A DNA stretch of 64,000 bases from an uncultured Planctomycetota bacterium (lineage in GTDB: Bacteria; Planctomycetota; Planctomycetia; Isosphaerales; Isosphaeraceae): positions 128,001 to 192,000 of the forward strand of contig CAWJTV010000027.1 of the NCBI GenBank assembly GCA_963845755.1. The letters are read 5' to 3'. Position 1 is the first letter of the stretch; each line of letters opens with the position of its first letter. The position numbers were made by a program, and so were the translations under genes. The notes beneath the pieces are model-generated. The model did no database searches. It saw only the letters and a program-made list of their open reading frames with translations, and had not been told where the DNA came from. Below, in pieces: positions 33,666 through 45,380 of this stretch.

Positions 33666-34602
33666 TTAAAGACGATCACATGATATCAGATTAAGGTTGC
33701 GATCGAGGATGCGCAGGGTTATGGCCAGCGAGTTGAGCCGGGTCGCGGCATCGTCCGCGCAGCGACATGAAGACGACGGGAGCGGAGGTCCCTTTCAAGA
33801 CGCCGCCGAAGCGGCAGTCCGCGGTGTACATGATCGCCTTGACGGTGAGATTCGCCGAGAGGAGGTTGGGGAAGATCATGACGTCGGCGGCCCCGACGAC
33901 CGAGCCCTCGATCCGTTTCCGGGCGCCGGCTTCGACGGCGTAGGCCAGGTCGAAGGAGAGCGGGCCTGCGATCGAGCAGTCGCCGAACTCGCCCTGCTGG
34001 TTGCGGCGGGTCAGCTCGGCGGCCTCGACGGTTTCCGGCATGGTGTCTTTGACCGTCTCGGTTGCCGCCAACATCGCGACCTTCGGCATCGACGCCCCCA
34101 GGGCCTGCGCGACGGTCACCGCTGCACGGAGAATGTCGATGCGACTCTTCAAGTTCGGAGCGACGCAGATGCCCGTGTCCGCCAGGAGGAACCGGCGATC
34201 GTCGCGCGGGATCTCCATCAGGACGACCTGGCAGACGACGCGACCGGTCCGCAGCCCGGTCGAGGGATCGAGTACCGCTCCCATCAAGGTGGGCGTCGCG
34301 ATCTGACCCTTCATCAGTGCGCGGGCGTTGCCGGCCCGGACTTCAGCGACCGCGGCTTCGGCGATGGCGTTCGCTTCGGCATGACGGATCGCGAACCCCT
34401 CGAGAGAGATCCCCTGCGACGCGGCGAGAGCGCGAATCGTCGGCTCAGGGCCGACCAGGATTGGCCGGACCCAGCCCCGATCCGTGGCGATCCGGAGCGC
34501 TTCCAGCACGGTGGGATCATCGCCACCGGCCGCGGCCACGCGAATCGGCTCGGTCCGGGCATCGGCGTCGTGATACAGGCCATCGAATCCGTCGAGTGGC
34601 AT
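33666..34602 (-). CDS. Phosphate acetyl/butyryltransferase family protein (frameshift ~33765)
   Basis: LMKGQIAT, LLADTG, KVAML.ATE, GPLSFDLA and FPNLLSAN; PVVFMS continues as RADD..RLNSLA in another frame. Confidence 0.88.
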
Positions 34603-34606
34603 GGGA

Positions 34607-35380
34607 TCAGCTCCCCGACCACTGGGGATGACGCTTCTCCAGAAACGCCGAGATCCCTTCCTGGGCGTCGTGATAGAGCGCGTTCTCGGTCATGATCGGC
34701 ACGGCCCGGTCATAGGCGTCGGGTTCGTCGAGGCGCTGGGTCTCATAGAATGCCTTCTTCCCGGTCCGGATGACCAGCGGACTCATGGCAAGGATCGTGT
34801 CGGTCAAGGACTTGATCTCGAGATCCAGGTCCACATTCGGTACGACGCGGTTGACCAGTCCCAGGTCGAGCGCGCGGCGGGCCGTGATCGGCTCGCCAGT
34901 CAGGAGCATCTCCATCGCGGGCTTGGCCGGAATGGCTCGCACCAGCGGGACCATGGGCGTGGTGCAGAACAGCCCGATCTTCACGCCGGGCGTGGCGAAC
35001 GTCGCCTCATCGCCCGCGACAGCCAAGTCACAGGCGGCGACGAGCTGGCACCCGGCCGCCGTGGCGACGCCTTGGACTCGAGCAATCACCGGCTGCGGCA
35101 ACCGCCGCAATCCCAGCATCATCCGCGAGCAGAGCGCAAAGAGCTCGCGATACTCGTCCTCGGACCGACCGACCATCTCTCTCAGGTCGTGACCCGAGCA
35201 GAAGACCGGCCCGCGCACGCCCAGCACGACCACCCGGGATGAGGTGTCATCCGCGATGGTTTCGATCGCCTGCTCCAGCCGATTCAGCAGCTCGGTCGAG
35301 AGCGCGTTCCGCTTCTCGGGGCGGTTAAGTGTCAACCGGACGATGCCTCGGTCGGATTCGATAAGCAAGATGTCGGTCAT
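34607..35380 (-). CDS. Enoyl-CoA hydratase/isomerase family protein
   Basis: [44 protein letters not shown] and [12 protein letters not shown]. Confidence 0.93.
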   Translation of the reverse strand: MTDILLIESDRGIVRLTLNRPEKRNALSTELLNRLEQAIETIADDTSSRVVVLGVRGPVFCSGHDLREMVGRSEDEYRELFALCSRMMLGLRRLPQPVIARVQGVATAAGCQLVAACDLAVAGDEATFATPGVKIGLFCTTPMVPLVRAIPAKPAMEMLLTGEPITARRALDLGLVNRVVPNVDLDLEIKSLTDTILAMSPLVIRTGKKAFYETQRLDEPDAYDRAVPIMTENALYHDAQEGISAFLEKRHPQWSGS

Positions 35381-35452
35381 GAGATCGTCTGTTTTTCTTG
35401 TCGAGTGGGTAAAATCCACGAAGATTAAAGCAAAACGTCCAATGTTCGCGGC

Positions 35453-35920
35453 CTACCTCCGCAACGCCTCCGCTATGACATAGAGGGCCGGCGGCGGGGA
35501 CCTGTAATTCCGGAACATCGCCGGACAGATCCAGCCCTCAATCGGCGGGTCATCGAGCTCGTAATTATTGCCGCCGGAATCGCCGCGCAACCAGGTCAGC
35601 CTCTTTTGATGACCGGGGAACGGCATTGCGGAGAAAAGAAGTCGGAACACGTCCTTCGAGTCGGGGATCTCCTTGACGAGCACGTCGATCATCTCGGGAA
35701 CGCCCGCGACGAACGGCTCGCGCTTCAGGTTGACCTCCGGATCGTCGAAGACCCACGTGCCGTTGTACCAGTACGGCGCGATGACCATGATCGCGTTGGC
35801 CGGCGGCCTGGCGCGACCCATCGCCCAGATGGTGATCTGCCAGGCCACGACGCAACCGGCGGCAGTCAGGGCGATGGCGGCAAGGAGCTTCCAGTGGGTT
35901 CTTGGCGTCCGGTCGGACAT
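35453..35920 (-). CDS. DUF6717-like hypothetical protein with N-terminal TM
   Basis: NAIMVIAPYWYNGTWVFDD..L.REPFVAG.PEMID..FRLLFSA.PFPG..GW.CPA. Confidence 0.7.
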   Translation of the reverse strand: MSDRTPRTHWKLLAAIALTAAGCVVAWQITIWAMGRARPPANAIMVIAPYWYNGTWVFDDPEVNLKREPFVAGVPEMIDVLVKEIPDSKDVFRLLFSAMPFPGHQKRLTWLRGDSGGNNYELDDPPIEGWICPAMFRNYRSPPPALYVIAEALRR

Positions 35921-36164
35921 GGCACGCCCCCTCGGACCATCGCGGCCGGCATCCGACGTCCCATCCGGCCCGTGACCGACGTGATCCGAATGAAGGATAG
36001 GAGTCCGGTCCGGCGAATCTCGTTTCAGGATACTCGAAGCGACGATCGATGTCACGGGTTGGCGCCCCAGGTTATCCTTTCGGAACCGAGGCCGGTGGAT
36101 TACCATAGCTGCCGTCGACGTACCCACGGGCCATCCGAGTATGCCTTGATCGGAGGAGGTGAAG

Positions 36165-37121
36165 ATGAGAACGCGACCGCTCTCGCGGCGTGACTTTCTG
36201 CGAGTTACAGGCGTGGCCGGCCTTGCGGGCATCGCTCGCGGGGCGAACGGATCCGCGAGCGCGAAGCGGGCGATGACGATGGACCTCGTCTGCGGGAATC
36301 TCGGCGTGAAGGCCGACCTGCCGACGGCCATCGCGTTGGCCCACAGCCATGGGTTCGAGTCGGTGGCGCCGGACTCCGGGCATCTCGGGCGGCTGTCTGA
36401 TGGCCAGGTCTCCGAACTCCTGGGCGAATTGAAGGCCAAGCGCTTGACCTGGGGCGCCGCTGGTCTCCCCGTCGAGTTCCGCGGTGAGGACTCGGCCTTT
36501 CGAACGGGGATGGTCGAGATGCCCGCGTTTGCCTCGGCGTTGAAGCGTGCCGGGGCGGCCCGCGTCGGTACCTGGCTACGGCCTGGACACGACCGGCTCA
36601 CCTACATGGCCAACTTCCGGCAGCACGCCCGTCGGCTCCGCGAGGTGGCGGCCTTGCTGGGCGATCATGGGCTGCGCCTGGGGTTGGAGTATGTCGGGCC
36701 GCGGACGTCCTGGGTGCCATCTCGACACCCATTTATTCACACGCTCGCCGAGACCCGCGAACTGATCGCCGAGATCGGCCGTGACAATGTCGGGCTGGTC
36801 CTCGACAGTTGGCACTGGTACACCGCGGGCGAGACCGCCGAGGATCTCCGTGGCTTGGCCAACCGTGACGTGGTCGCCTGCGACCTGAACAACGCGCCGA
36901 GGTCCGTCCCGGTGGACCAACAACGGGATGGCGTACGCGAGCTGCCGTGCGCGACCGGGGTGATCGACCTGCGGGCGTTCCTGAAGGCGCTGGCGACGAT
37001 GGGCTACGACGGCCCGGTGCGGGCGGAGCCGTTCAACGCCACGCTCCGGACCTTGCCAGCCGAGACAGCGGTCGCCACGACGGCGCGAGCGATGAGGCAG
37101 GCGTTCTCGCTGATCGACTGA
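36165..37121 (+). CDS. Tat-exported sugar phosphate isomerase/epimerase (xylose isomerase-like TIM barrel)
   Basis: SRRDFL Tat motif, LGLEYVGP, LVLDSWHW and GYDGPVRAEPF. Confidence 0.88.
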   Translation: MRTRPLSRRDFLRVTGVAGLAGIARGANGSASAKRAMTMDLVCGNLGVKADLPTAIALAHSHGFESVAPDSGHLGRLSDGQVSELLGELKAKRLTWGAAGLPVEFRGEDSAFRTGMVEMPAFASALKRAGAARVGTWLRPGHDRLTYMANFRQHARRLREVAALLGDHGLRLGLEYVGPRTSWVPSRHPFIHTLAETRELIAEIGRDNVGLVLDSWHWYTAGETAEDLRGLANRDVVACDLNNAPRSVPVDQQRDGVRELPCATGVIDLRAFLKALATMGYDGPVRAEPFNATLRTLPAETAVATTARAMRQAFSLID

Positions 37122-37169
37122 GCGTCGGAGAGAAGGCCCCTGGCTCCATTGGTTCTCTGGGGAGGTGGC

Positions 37170-40027
37170 ATGACGAAGCCGATGCGTGACCTCTGCGAAA
37201 CTCTCGACGACCTTGCGTTGATCCAGGACGAACTTCGAGCGAATGAGAACTGCTGGCTGCTCGACACGAGCCGTCAGGACAAGATCGCCTGTCAACGCGA
37301 CACGCAAACGATCTTCTTGAGGGTCGCGGCGACCGCACAGGCCCCGGGAATTCCCAACGCGTCGATCCACGCGTCCCGCGACTCGAAGGTCTCCAGCAGA
37401 TTCCCTCGGACGATGGCCTGGCTCGGCAGTTTCTCGACCCAGTTGGAGGGCGAGCTGGGGCGAGCCATGTTCGTCCGGCTGCGGCCCCGCGGCCAGATCT
37501 ACCGCCACATCGACCGGGGAGACTACTACCACGTCCGCCATCGTTTCCACGTGATACTGAACTCTCCGGAGGGGTGCTGGCTGGAGTGCGGCGACGAGCG
37601 CTGGACGCCGCGCACCGGGCAAATCCTCTGGTTCGATAACAAGTGCCCGTACGAAGAAGGGAACCCGAGCGGCGAGTGGTCCGTCCGGATGATCGTCAAC
37701 ATCTTCCCACCGGTGCGACCTCCGATCCCGTCCCCGTTCAAGAACTTCGCCCTGATGAAGGCGGGAATCGAAGTCGGACCGATGCTGGAAGAAATCGACG
37801 GCCAACCCCAACTTTGGGACGCCGACACAAGCCGGCAGACCAAAATCCAGGTACAACGTGAGACTAGCAACATCCCGCTTCGTGGGGCCTTGAAGCCGAT
37901 TCCGGACGGTGTCAACCCGATCAACTGGCACCCGAGTCGCCGCACGCCTCATGCTGATCGTTGCCCCCAGATCTATTCGTGGGTCGAGCAATTCGTGAAC
38001 GAGCTGGGGGGTGATCTGAGTCGGATCAGCGTCGTTCGTCTCAACCCTCACAGTCGGGTTTATCCACACATCGACCAGGGAGAGTACTACAAGGTCCGCG
38101 ACCGTTACCACCTCGTCCTCCGCAGTCCCGGGGGGAGCACGATGAACTCCGGCGGCGAGGAGGTCGTCTTCCGCGACGGGGAACTTTGGTGGTTCAACAA
38201 CAAAGCCGTTCACGACGCCTTTAACCCGTCCGCCGAGGGGCGGATTCACGTCATTTTCGACGTGCTGCCCTCGAGGCCGACGGCGGGGTTCTGGCCCGGT
38301 CTCGAGCCACTCTCGCTGGAGAGCGTCTCGGAGGCAGCCTTCGGAAACGACGCTGGTGGTACTCGACACCCGGCGCACTGTCGTCGGCCGTCCGTGCGAT
38401 CCTGGCCGGCGCCACGCCCGCGGCCGAATCGTCGTCGCTCCTGGGGCCGGGAACTGGAACAGTTCAGGTGGAGCTCCGCCGCTCGGGGAGTTTGGTGGGG
38501 TCTGCATGGTCGAAAGGCTCGAGTTATTGGGACGGTCTCTGCCAGGCGCTGGGCACTCTGCGACAGCAACAGAGCACGACCACGGCCAACGAGCTCATGC
38601 TCTCTCTGGGTGGCGAGTCCCGCGAACTGCCCCTCGCGGACCAGGCCGTATGGGAACGACTGGAATCCAAATGCAGGCGCGGCCTCTTCGGTTATGAGGT
38701 CCGCCTCGTTCGCGATCTCACCCGCGTCATCCTGATCTCTCCGTTCGATTTCGTGGCCAGCAACCGTTCGTTCAGCAAGATGCTCGTCCATTCGATGGAA
38801 CCCTGGGGCTTGACCGTGGAAGCCGCCCGAGCGGGGAGTATCACGCTCAGCGAATTTGAAACCCGGCGCTTCCGTATCGACCTTCTACGAGACGACGCTC
38901 CTGTGGTGCCGCTCGTCCGCGGGACCCGGCTGGTCCGACTCGAGGAGATCACGCTCGCGTCCCTGACAACACTTCAAAGACTCCTCAGCGATTTTCTCGT
39001 CCGCTCAGTACAGGCCGACGGGCGGATGGTTTACCTGTACCACCCGAGCCGCGGCTCGGAAGACCAGACCCGCAACAACGCCATCCGGCAATGGATGGCC
39101 ACTCGCTCACTCATCCGCGTTTGGCAGCAGCGCGGAACGGACGAACTGCTCCAGACCGTCCGCAAGAACATCGACTACAACCTGAAGACCATGTATGTCG
39201 AAGAGGGAGAGATTGGACTGATTCTCGATCAGAACAAGGTCAAGCTGGGCGCCCTCGCCCTGGCCGCCCTGGCGCTGACCGAGTCACCCTTCGCCGATGA
39301 GTATGCGTCGGTCCGCGACCGGCTCGCAACGACCATCCAATTGCTCTGGGACCATGACGGTGCATTCCGCACCTTTTACCGACCTTCCGAGCGCAACGAT
39401 TGCCAGAACTTCTACCCCGGCGAGGCGTTACTATTCTGGGCGAAGCGAATCGTCGCCACGGGTGATCCGGCTCTCCTCGCAAGATTTCAACAGTCATTCG
39501 AGTACTATCGCGCCTGGCATCTGGAGAATCGGAACCCGGCTTTCATCCCCTGGCACACTCAGGCGTATTACCTCGTCTGGGAATTGACTGGCGATGGCGA
39601 GTTCGCGGACGTCGTGTTCGCGATGAACGATTGGCTGCTGGGTGTTCAACAGTGGGAATCGGCACCCCACCCGGATTGCCAGGGCCGCTTCTACGACCCG
39701 AACCGACCCTTTGGCCCCCCGCATGCATCGTCCACGGCCGTTTACCTGGAAGGGCTTGCCGACGCCTTTGCGCTGGGCCGAGCAGTGGGCAAGCACGACC
39801 GTGCGGACACCTACCGAACGGCAATCCTTCGCGGTCTTCGGAGTCTTTCACAGCTCACCTTCAAGGACGACGTGGATATGTTCTACATCGCGAAGCGGAA
39901 GGCGGTCTGCGGCGGAGTTCAGACGTCGGAATACGACAATGCTGTCCGAATCGACAACGTCCAGCACGCGCTCACCGCGATCGACAAGATTCTCAAGGCT
40001 TTTTCTGCGGAGGATTATTCCGTGTGA
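37170..40027 (+). CDS. Probable fusion of two Asp/Asn beta-hydroxylase-like 2OG-Fe(II) domains, an AMMECR1-like segment and an alpha/alpha-toroid-like domain (frameshift ~38300-38400); alternatively two adjacent genes
   Basis: GGAGG RBS and ATG 37170; HIDRGDYY and HIDQGEYY..RYHL..WWFNNKAVH..RIHVIFD motifs. The downstream frame is open from 38225 to 40027 with no ATG until ~38597 and carries GRMVYLY.P, NFYPGEALL, WHTQA, YLEGL and VRIDNVQH. Confidence 0.7.
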
Positions 40028-42107
40028 CGAGGTTGGCGATGAGCGAAAAGCGAGGGTACGGTTTCAACATCAACGCAGGAGCGTGATTGATCGGAGCGGA
40101 TTGTCGATGCCCTGAACCGGCGGAGGCGAGGAGCGCATCAACTGCCCCGACTTCGAGGTTGCCAGGCGACATTTCGTGAGATGACGCCAAGGCAACATTG
40201 TTATCAAGCCGGACCACGGCACGTCCTTCGTTGGCGGAGGTGTCGATCCGGTAAGCACCGACACCCGTCCCATCAGGATTGTCGATTGTCACCAAGGCGT
40301 CTTTCGCGGGATCGATCCCCTGACCAGGGTCCTCGTCGTTGACCTGGTCCGTGGCAACCGGAACGTTGTGGTCGAATGTGACCAGGGCCACGCTACGGAT
40401 CTCCGTTCCTGTCGGCAGGTCCGGCTCGGGCGAGATGAGATAGCTGACCGATCCTTCTCCCTGCCCTGTGCCGTTCTCGGGCGGCAAGAAGCCCGTGTGC
40501 CCGCCAGGAGTCCGCAATGTCAGAGGATCGATCGACTGGAACGTGACCAACAATTGCCTCGTCTGGAAGTTGAGGTCGGCCTGGACGGCCACATCGAGGC
40601 TGTTCCCATCAGCAGTCATCGTTACCGTGGTCCCGAAATCCTGGGCCCCGGGCTGCATCTTCAGAACAACGTCGCCAAACGAAATCGCGCTCAACTGGAA
40701 GGTTCTCAGGTCCAAATTCGGATCGAGCGTCTCGGTGACGACCACGTGTTTCGCAGGCGCTGTTGCCGTCGGTGCGTTTTGGAAGTCGACCTGGTAGGGG
40801 AGAACCGCAGAGCCTGAGACCACATTCAGCGGCCCGTGGCCAGCGGGACCGATCATGTCGTTGGGATCAAAATCCCCGTCCCCATCGCCATCGCCATCGC
40901 CGCCAACATCCCCGTCCCCGTCCCCATCGCCATCGCCGCCAACATCCCCGTCCCCATCGCCATCGCCATCGCCGCCAACATCGCCATCGCCGTCCCCGTC
41001 CCCATCGCCATCGCCGCCAACGTCGCCATCGCCGTCTCCGTCGCCATCGCCGTCCCCATCGCCATCACCGTCGCCATCGCCATCGCCGTCCCCGTCTCCG
41101 TCGCCATTGCCTCCGACATCGATAATCTCTGAGAAGTCGCAGGTGCTGAAGTCGGTGCTGTCCGTGGGAATGAATGTGACTGTTAGCGTCTGGTTACTGC
41201 CGGGTGGGAGGATCGTACCCAGGATGGGCGAGTAGATGAAGATACCCGGCACGATCACCCTTCGCCCGCCAATGCTGTAAGAGGCCGAGGCATCCAACTG
41301 CGAGTCGCTTAGCTCGGTACCCGGTGTGATCGGTGTAGGCTTGGGCCAGGTGATCGTCGGGGTCGCCGGTAGCACATAGAGCGTCGTGGATGAATCGACC
41401 GTCGTATAGTCGATCGTATCGCTAGGCGTGAAGGTGACTGATAGCTCCTGGATGCCCGACGTGAGGAGCGTGCCCGAGGGGAGCGAGTAGGTGAACGTAC
41501 CGGGCACGGTAGCGGTGGCATCCAACTGGGCGGGTCCCAGCACGGCGCCGTAGGTGATGGGCGACGAGTAGGGCCAGATGATCGTCGGAGGTGGAAGGAG
41601 GCCGCCCGATGCCTGGAACATCTGTTGCACTTGCGCACGGCTCTCGCCCAAACCCAGTAACCCCTGCCAGTAGGACTGGCCTACGGCGGTTGGCGCATGA
41701 CCGGCGATCGTAACGTACAGGGAACTTACGAACTTCTGATCGCTGATCTTCTTGCCCGACTTCGACACGATGTCCGTGAAATTGCGCTTGAAGGCGGCGT
41801 GACTCACACCGCTTCCCAGCAACTGGAGTGCGTAACTGAGCTCGGTCGAATTCGGAGCCCGGTGCAAGTACTTTTCGTAGAGGTGGTCCGCGAACTTGAT
41901 CTGCTTATTGGTTCTGGCGGCCTCGGGCGTATGGATCTCGTGGTCGGCAGCCACGGGTTGCACCGACTCGATGAATGCCTTGTCCGTTCCCTGACCGGAG
42001 AGCAGCCGTCGCCTTTCGAGTTCGATAATCAGCGGCGTTGTTCTTCGGGGAGGACTGCGCAGGCCGTGAAACGTCGCCAGGAAGGATTCCTTGAATAGGC
42101 GGAGCAT
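39993..42107 (-). CDS. Secreted surface protein: LEPR-XLL-like N-terminus, DUF4214-like domain, Ig/MBG-like repeats, (Gly-Asp)n tract and a DPND-initiated C-terminal domain
   Basis: ELERRRLLS; FVSSLY..GQSYW..L..G.SR.QV; two P.ITYG/PG..L...QLDA.A...PG.F.YS repeats; FDPNDMIGP..YQVDFQN...ATAPA; AVDALLA. Confidence 0.8.
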   Translation of the reverse strand: MLRLFKESFLATFHGLRSPPRRTTPLIIELERRRLLSGQGTDKAFIESVQPVAADHEIHTPEAARTNKQIKFADHLYEKYLHRAPNSTELSYALQLLGSGVSHAAFKRNFTDIVSKSGKKISDQKFVSSLYVTIAGHAPTAVGQSYWQGLLGLGESRAQVQQMFQASGGLLPPPTIIWPYSSPITYGAVLGPAQLDATATVPGTFTYSLPSGTLLTSGIQELSVTFTPSDTIDYTTVDSSTTLYVLPATPTITWPKPTPITPGTELSDSQLDASASYSIGGRRVIVPGIFIYSPILGTILPPGSNQTLTVTFIPTDSTDFSTCDFSEIIDVGGNGDGDGDGDGDGDGDGDGDGDGDGDGDGDVGGDGDGDGDGDGDVGGDGDGDGDGDVGGDGDGDGDGDVGGDGDGDGDGDFDPNDMIGPAGHGPLNVVSGSAVLPYQVDFQNAPTATAPAKHVVVTETLDPNLDLRTFQLSAISFGDVVLKMQPGAQDFGTTVTMTADGNSLDVAVQADLNFQTRQLLVTFQSIDPLTLRTPGGHTGFLPPENGTGQGEGSVSYLISPEPDLPTGTEIRSVALVTFDHNVPVATDQVNDEDPGQGIDPAKDALVTIDNPDGTGVGAYRIDTSANEGRAVVRLDNNVALASSHEMSPGNLEVGAVDALLASAGSGHRQSAPINHAPALMLKPYPRFSLIANLVTRNNPPQKKP
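40872..41122 (-). repeat. In-frame coding tandem repeat DVGG(D/N)(GD)n
   Basis: Five DVGG-initiated blocks built from hexamer units (GGCGAT/GGGGAC/GGCGAC), with a 36-42 bp higher-order period. Confidence 0.95.
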
Positions 42108-42408
42108 GGTGCAGACTTCTTAGATGACCGGCGGACGGAGGTATATCCAAGCCCGATGTGATTATAGGACAGATTGGTCAGCCGTCTCACGAAGAATTTA
42201 CGCGGAAATTGACGTCATGGCGTCAGGGAAACTCGACAGAGGGGCAAGAAACCCGAACTCGGAATCCATTCATTGCAACCCTGCGGGCTGGATCGACTGA
42301 CGATCGGGTTGCACAACAATCACAGCATCGATTGGATACGTTGGCTGTGTAACGCCTTCAGCGTCTCGAGCTTCTCCCCGAAGCCGGGCTCTTGGAACAG
42401 ACTGCTAG

Positions 42409-42832
42409 CCTGGATTCCCATGGAGGCAGATTGGGCTAACATTTGTTGCCGCATGATTGGAAAAAAGCCCGCGATACTCAGCTTTTCGCCTCGGAACTGG
42501 TTATGCTCCTCCAAGAGTTAAAGGTGGGTCTCCCACTAAGTTAACTTGATCACCATGGATGATATGTTCGTCGATCGAATCTCACTTCCTCCTGGAAAAC
42601 AAGGGGTTCTTGCGACAAATCTATCGAATTCACCACAGTGGATGCATTGAGTTGACACCGTGGATGCTCTTTTTTCAGTTTACGGATCACCTAACATCGA
42701 GAGAGGCGTTTCGATGAGCCGTTTCAAGCCAGAACCACTTGAAATCCAGGGGAAAACCCACTTCGACGAATTTTGCTTCGTTTATGGATTGCGTCGTAGC
42801 CTACCCCGTTTTTGCCTCCATGGGAATCCAGG
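42409..42832. mobile_element. MITE-like non-autonomous element (424 bp) with IS1380-like ends
   Basis: Perfect 20-bp IR CCTGGATTCCCATGGAGGCA (42409-42428 / 42813-42832) flanked on both sides by CTAG; AT-rich interior with no transposase. Confidence 0.75.
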
Positions 42833-44510
<1,678 letters not shown>

Positions 44511-44593
44511 CGATCTTGGGTCCTTGGTTCTGGATGACTCTGGCCGGATGACGAAGCAGGATGGTGACACCCCGGGCCAACGGAGGTGCCCGG

Positions 44594-45214
44594 TCAGGTG
44601 CCACGACCGAACGGCCACCAGGGTTTCTTGGATCGTGACGCGCCCTCCGCCTTGGCTGGTGGCCGGCGCGTTGGGTCCAATTCCGCGATCGAACCGTCAG
44701 GGCCGAAGACCAGGATCCGCGGGTCCTTCATCACCCCGGCGGCCACCGGGACCCAATCTTCCTGGAGGAGATCGGCCATCGCCTCGTCTACGATCAAGAT
44801 ATCCGAATTCTGACAACCGGTCTTCAGGGCCGAAGGGTGCCCCTCGAACACCACGACGGTATGACCGTCGAAGGCCATGCCCATGAGATACCCGAGGAAA
44901 GGAATCCGGGAATTCATCTCCTCGGCGGTTCTCGCATCCTGCAAGGCGAGTTCATTGTACGCAACGACCGCGATCGCCCGCTTGGGCTCTTGCGGGACGA
45001 TGCGGCGGATCCCCGCAAGCATCTCCTCGGAGACCGCGTCGGGAGGCGGACAGGGGATCGACATGATCAGCCGCCCCGGCGTGATGACGGCTACACGCCT
45101 CTGCCCTGGCGCCTCATCGGGCACGTCGATGGCACCCGCGCTCAACTGGCGCGCTTGCGCAAAGCACACGTCGATATCGCGGTCCAGGTCGACTTTCGGC
45201 ATGCGGGCGGCCAT
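44594..45214 (-). CDS. Hypothetical protein with C-terminal KKPWWPF motif
   Basis: 206-aa [25 protein letters not shown]. Confidence 0.7.
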   Translation of the reverse strand: MAARMPKVDLDRDIDVCFAQARQLSAGAIDVPDEAPGQRRVAVITPGRLIMSIPCPPPDAVSEEMLAGIRRIVPQEPKRAIAVVAYNELALQDARTAEEMNSRIPFLGYLMGMAFDGHTVVVFEGHPSALKTGCQNSDILIVDEAMADLLQEDWVPVAAGVMKDPRILVFGPDGSIAELDPTRRPPAKAEGASRSKKPWWPFGRGT

Positions 45215-45380
45215 GGCAAGTCACCTAACCCTTGATGATCCGGATGGCTCGTTCGTGGTTTCGTCCCGCCAAGCAGCGGCACATCCGCCCGATGCGATAA
45301 CCTGAATCTACCCATCCTGGGAGACTGACGCAACGAAATGCGAGTGATCGGCCTGATTCGGCGCGACCGGCCCCACCGGT

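Noticed and set aside
33666..35380. Complete butyrate pathway operon
   Set aside because: No butyrate kinase gene is in the window, so the pathway cannot be claimed.
40763..41235. (Ser-Pro)n, (Ile-Ala)n, (His-Arg)n and (Met-Ala)n ORFs
   Set aside because: Alternative-frame and antisense readings of the GD repeat inside the 704-aa gene.
42394..42403. GGAACAGACT resembling the right end of the 58.2-kb element
   Set aside because: A 10-bp match with no partner end found nearby; could be chance.
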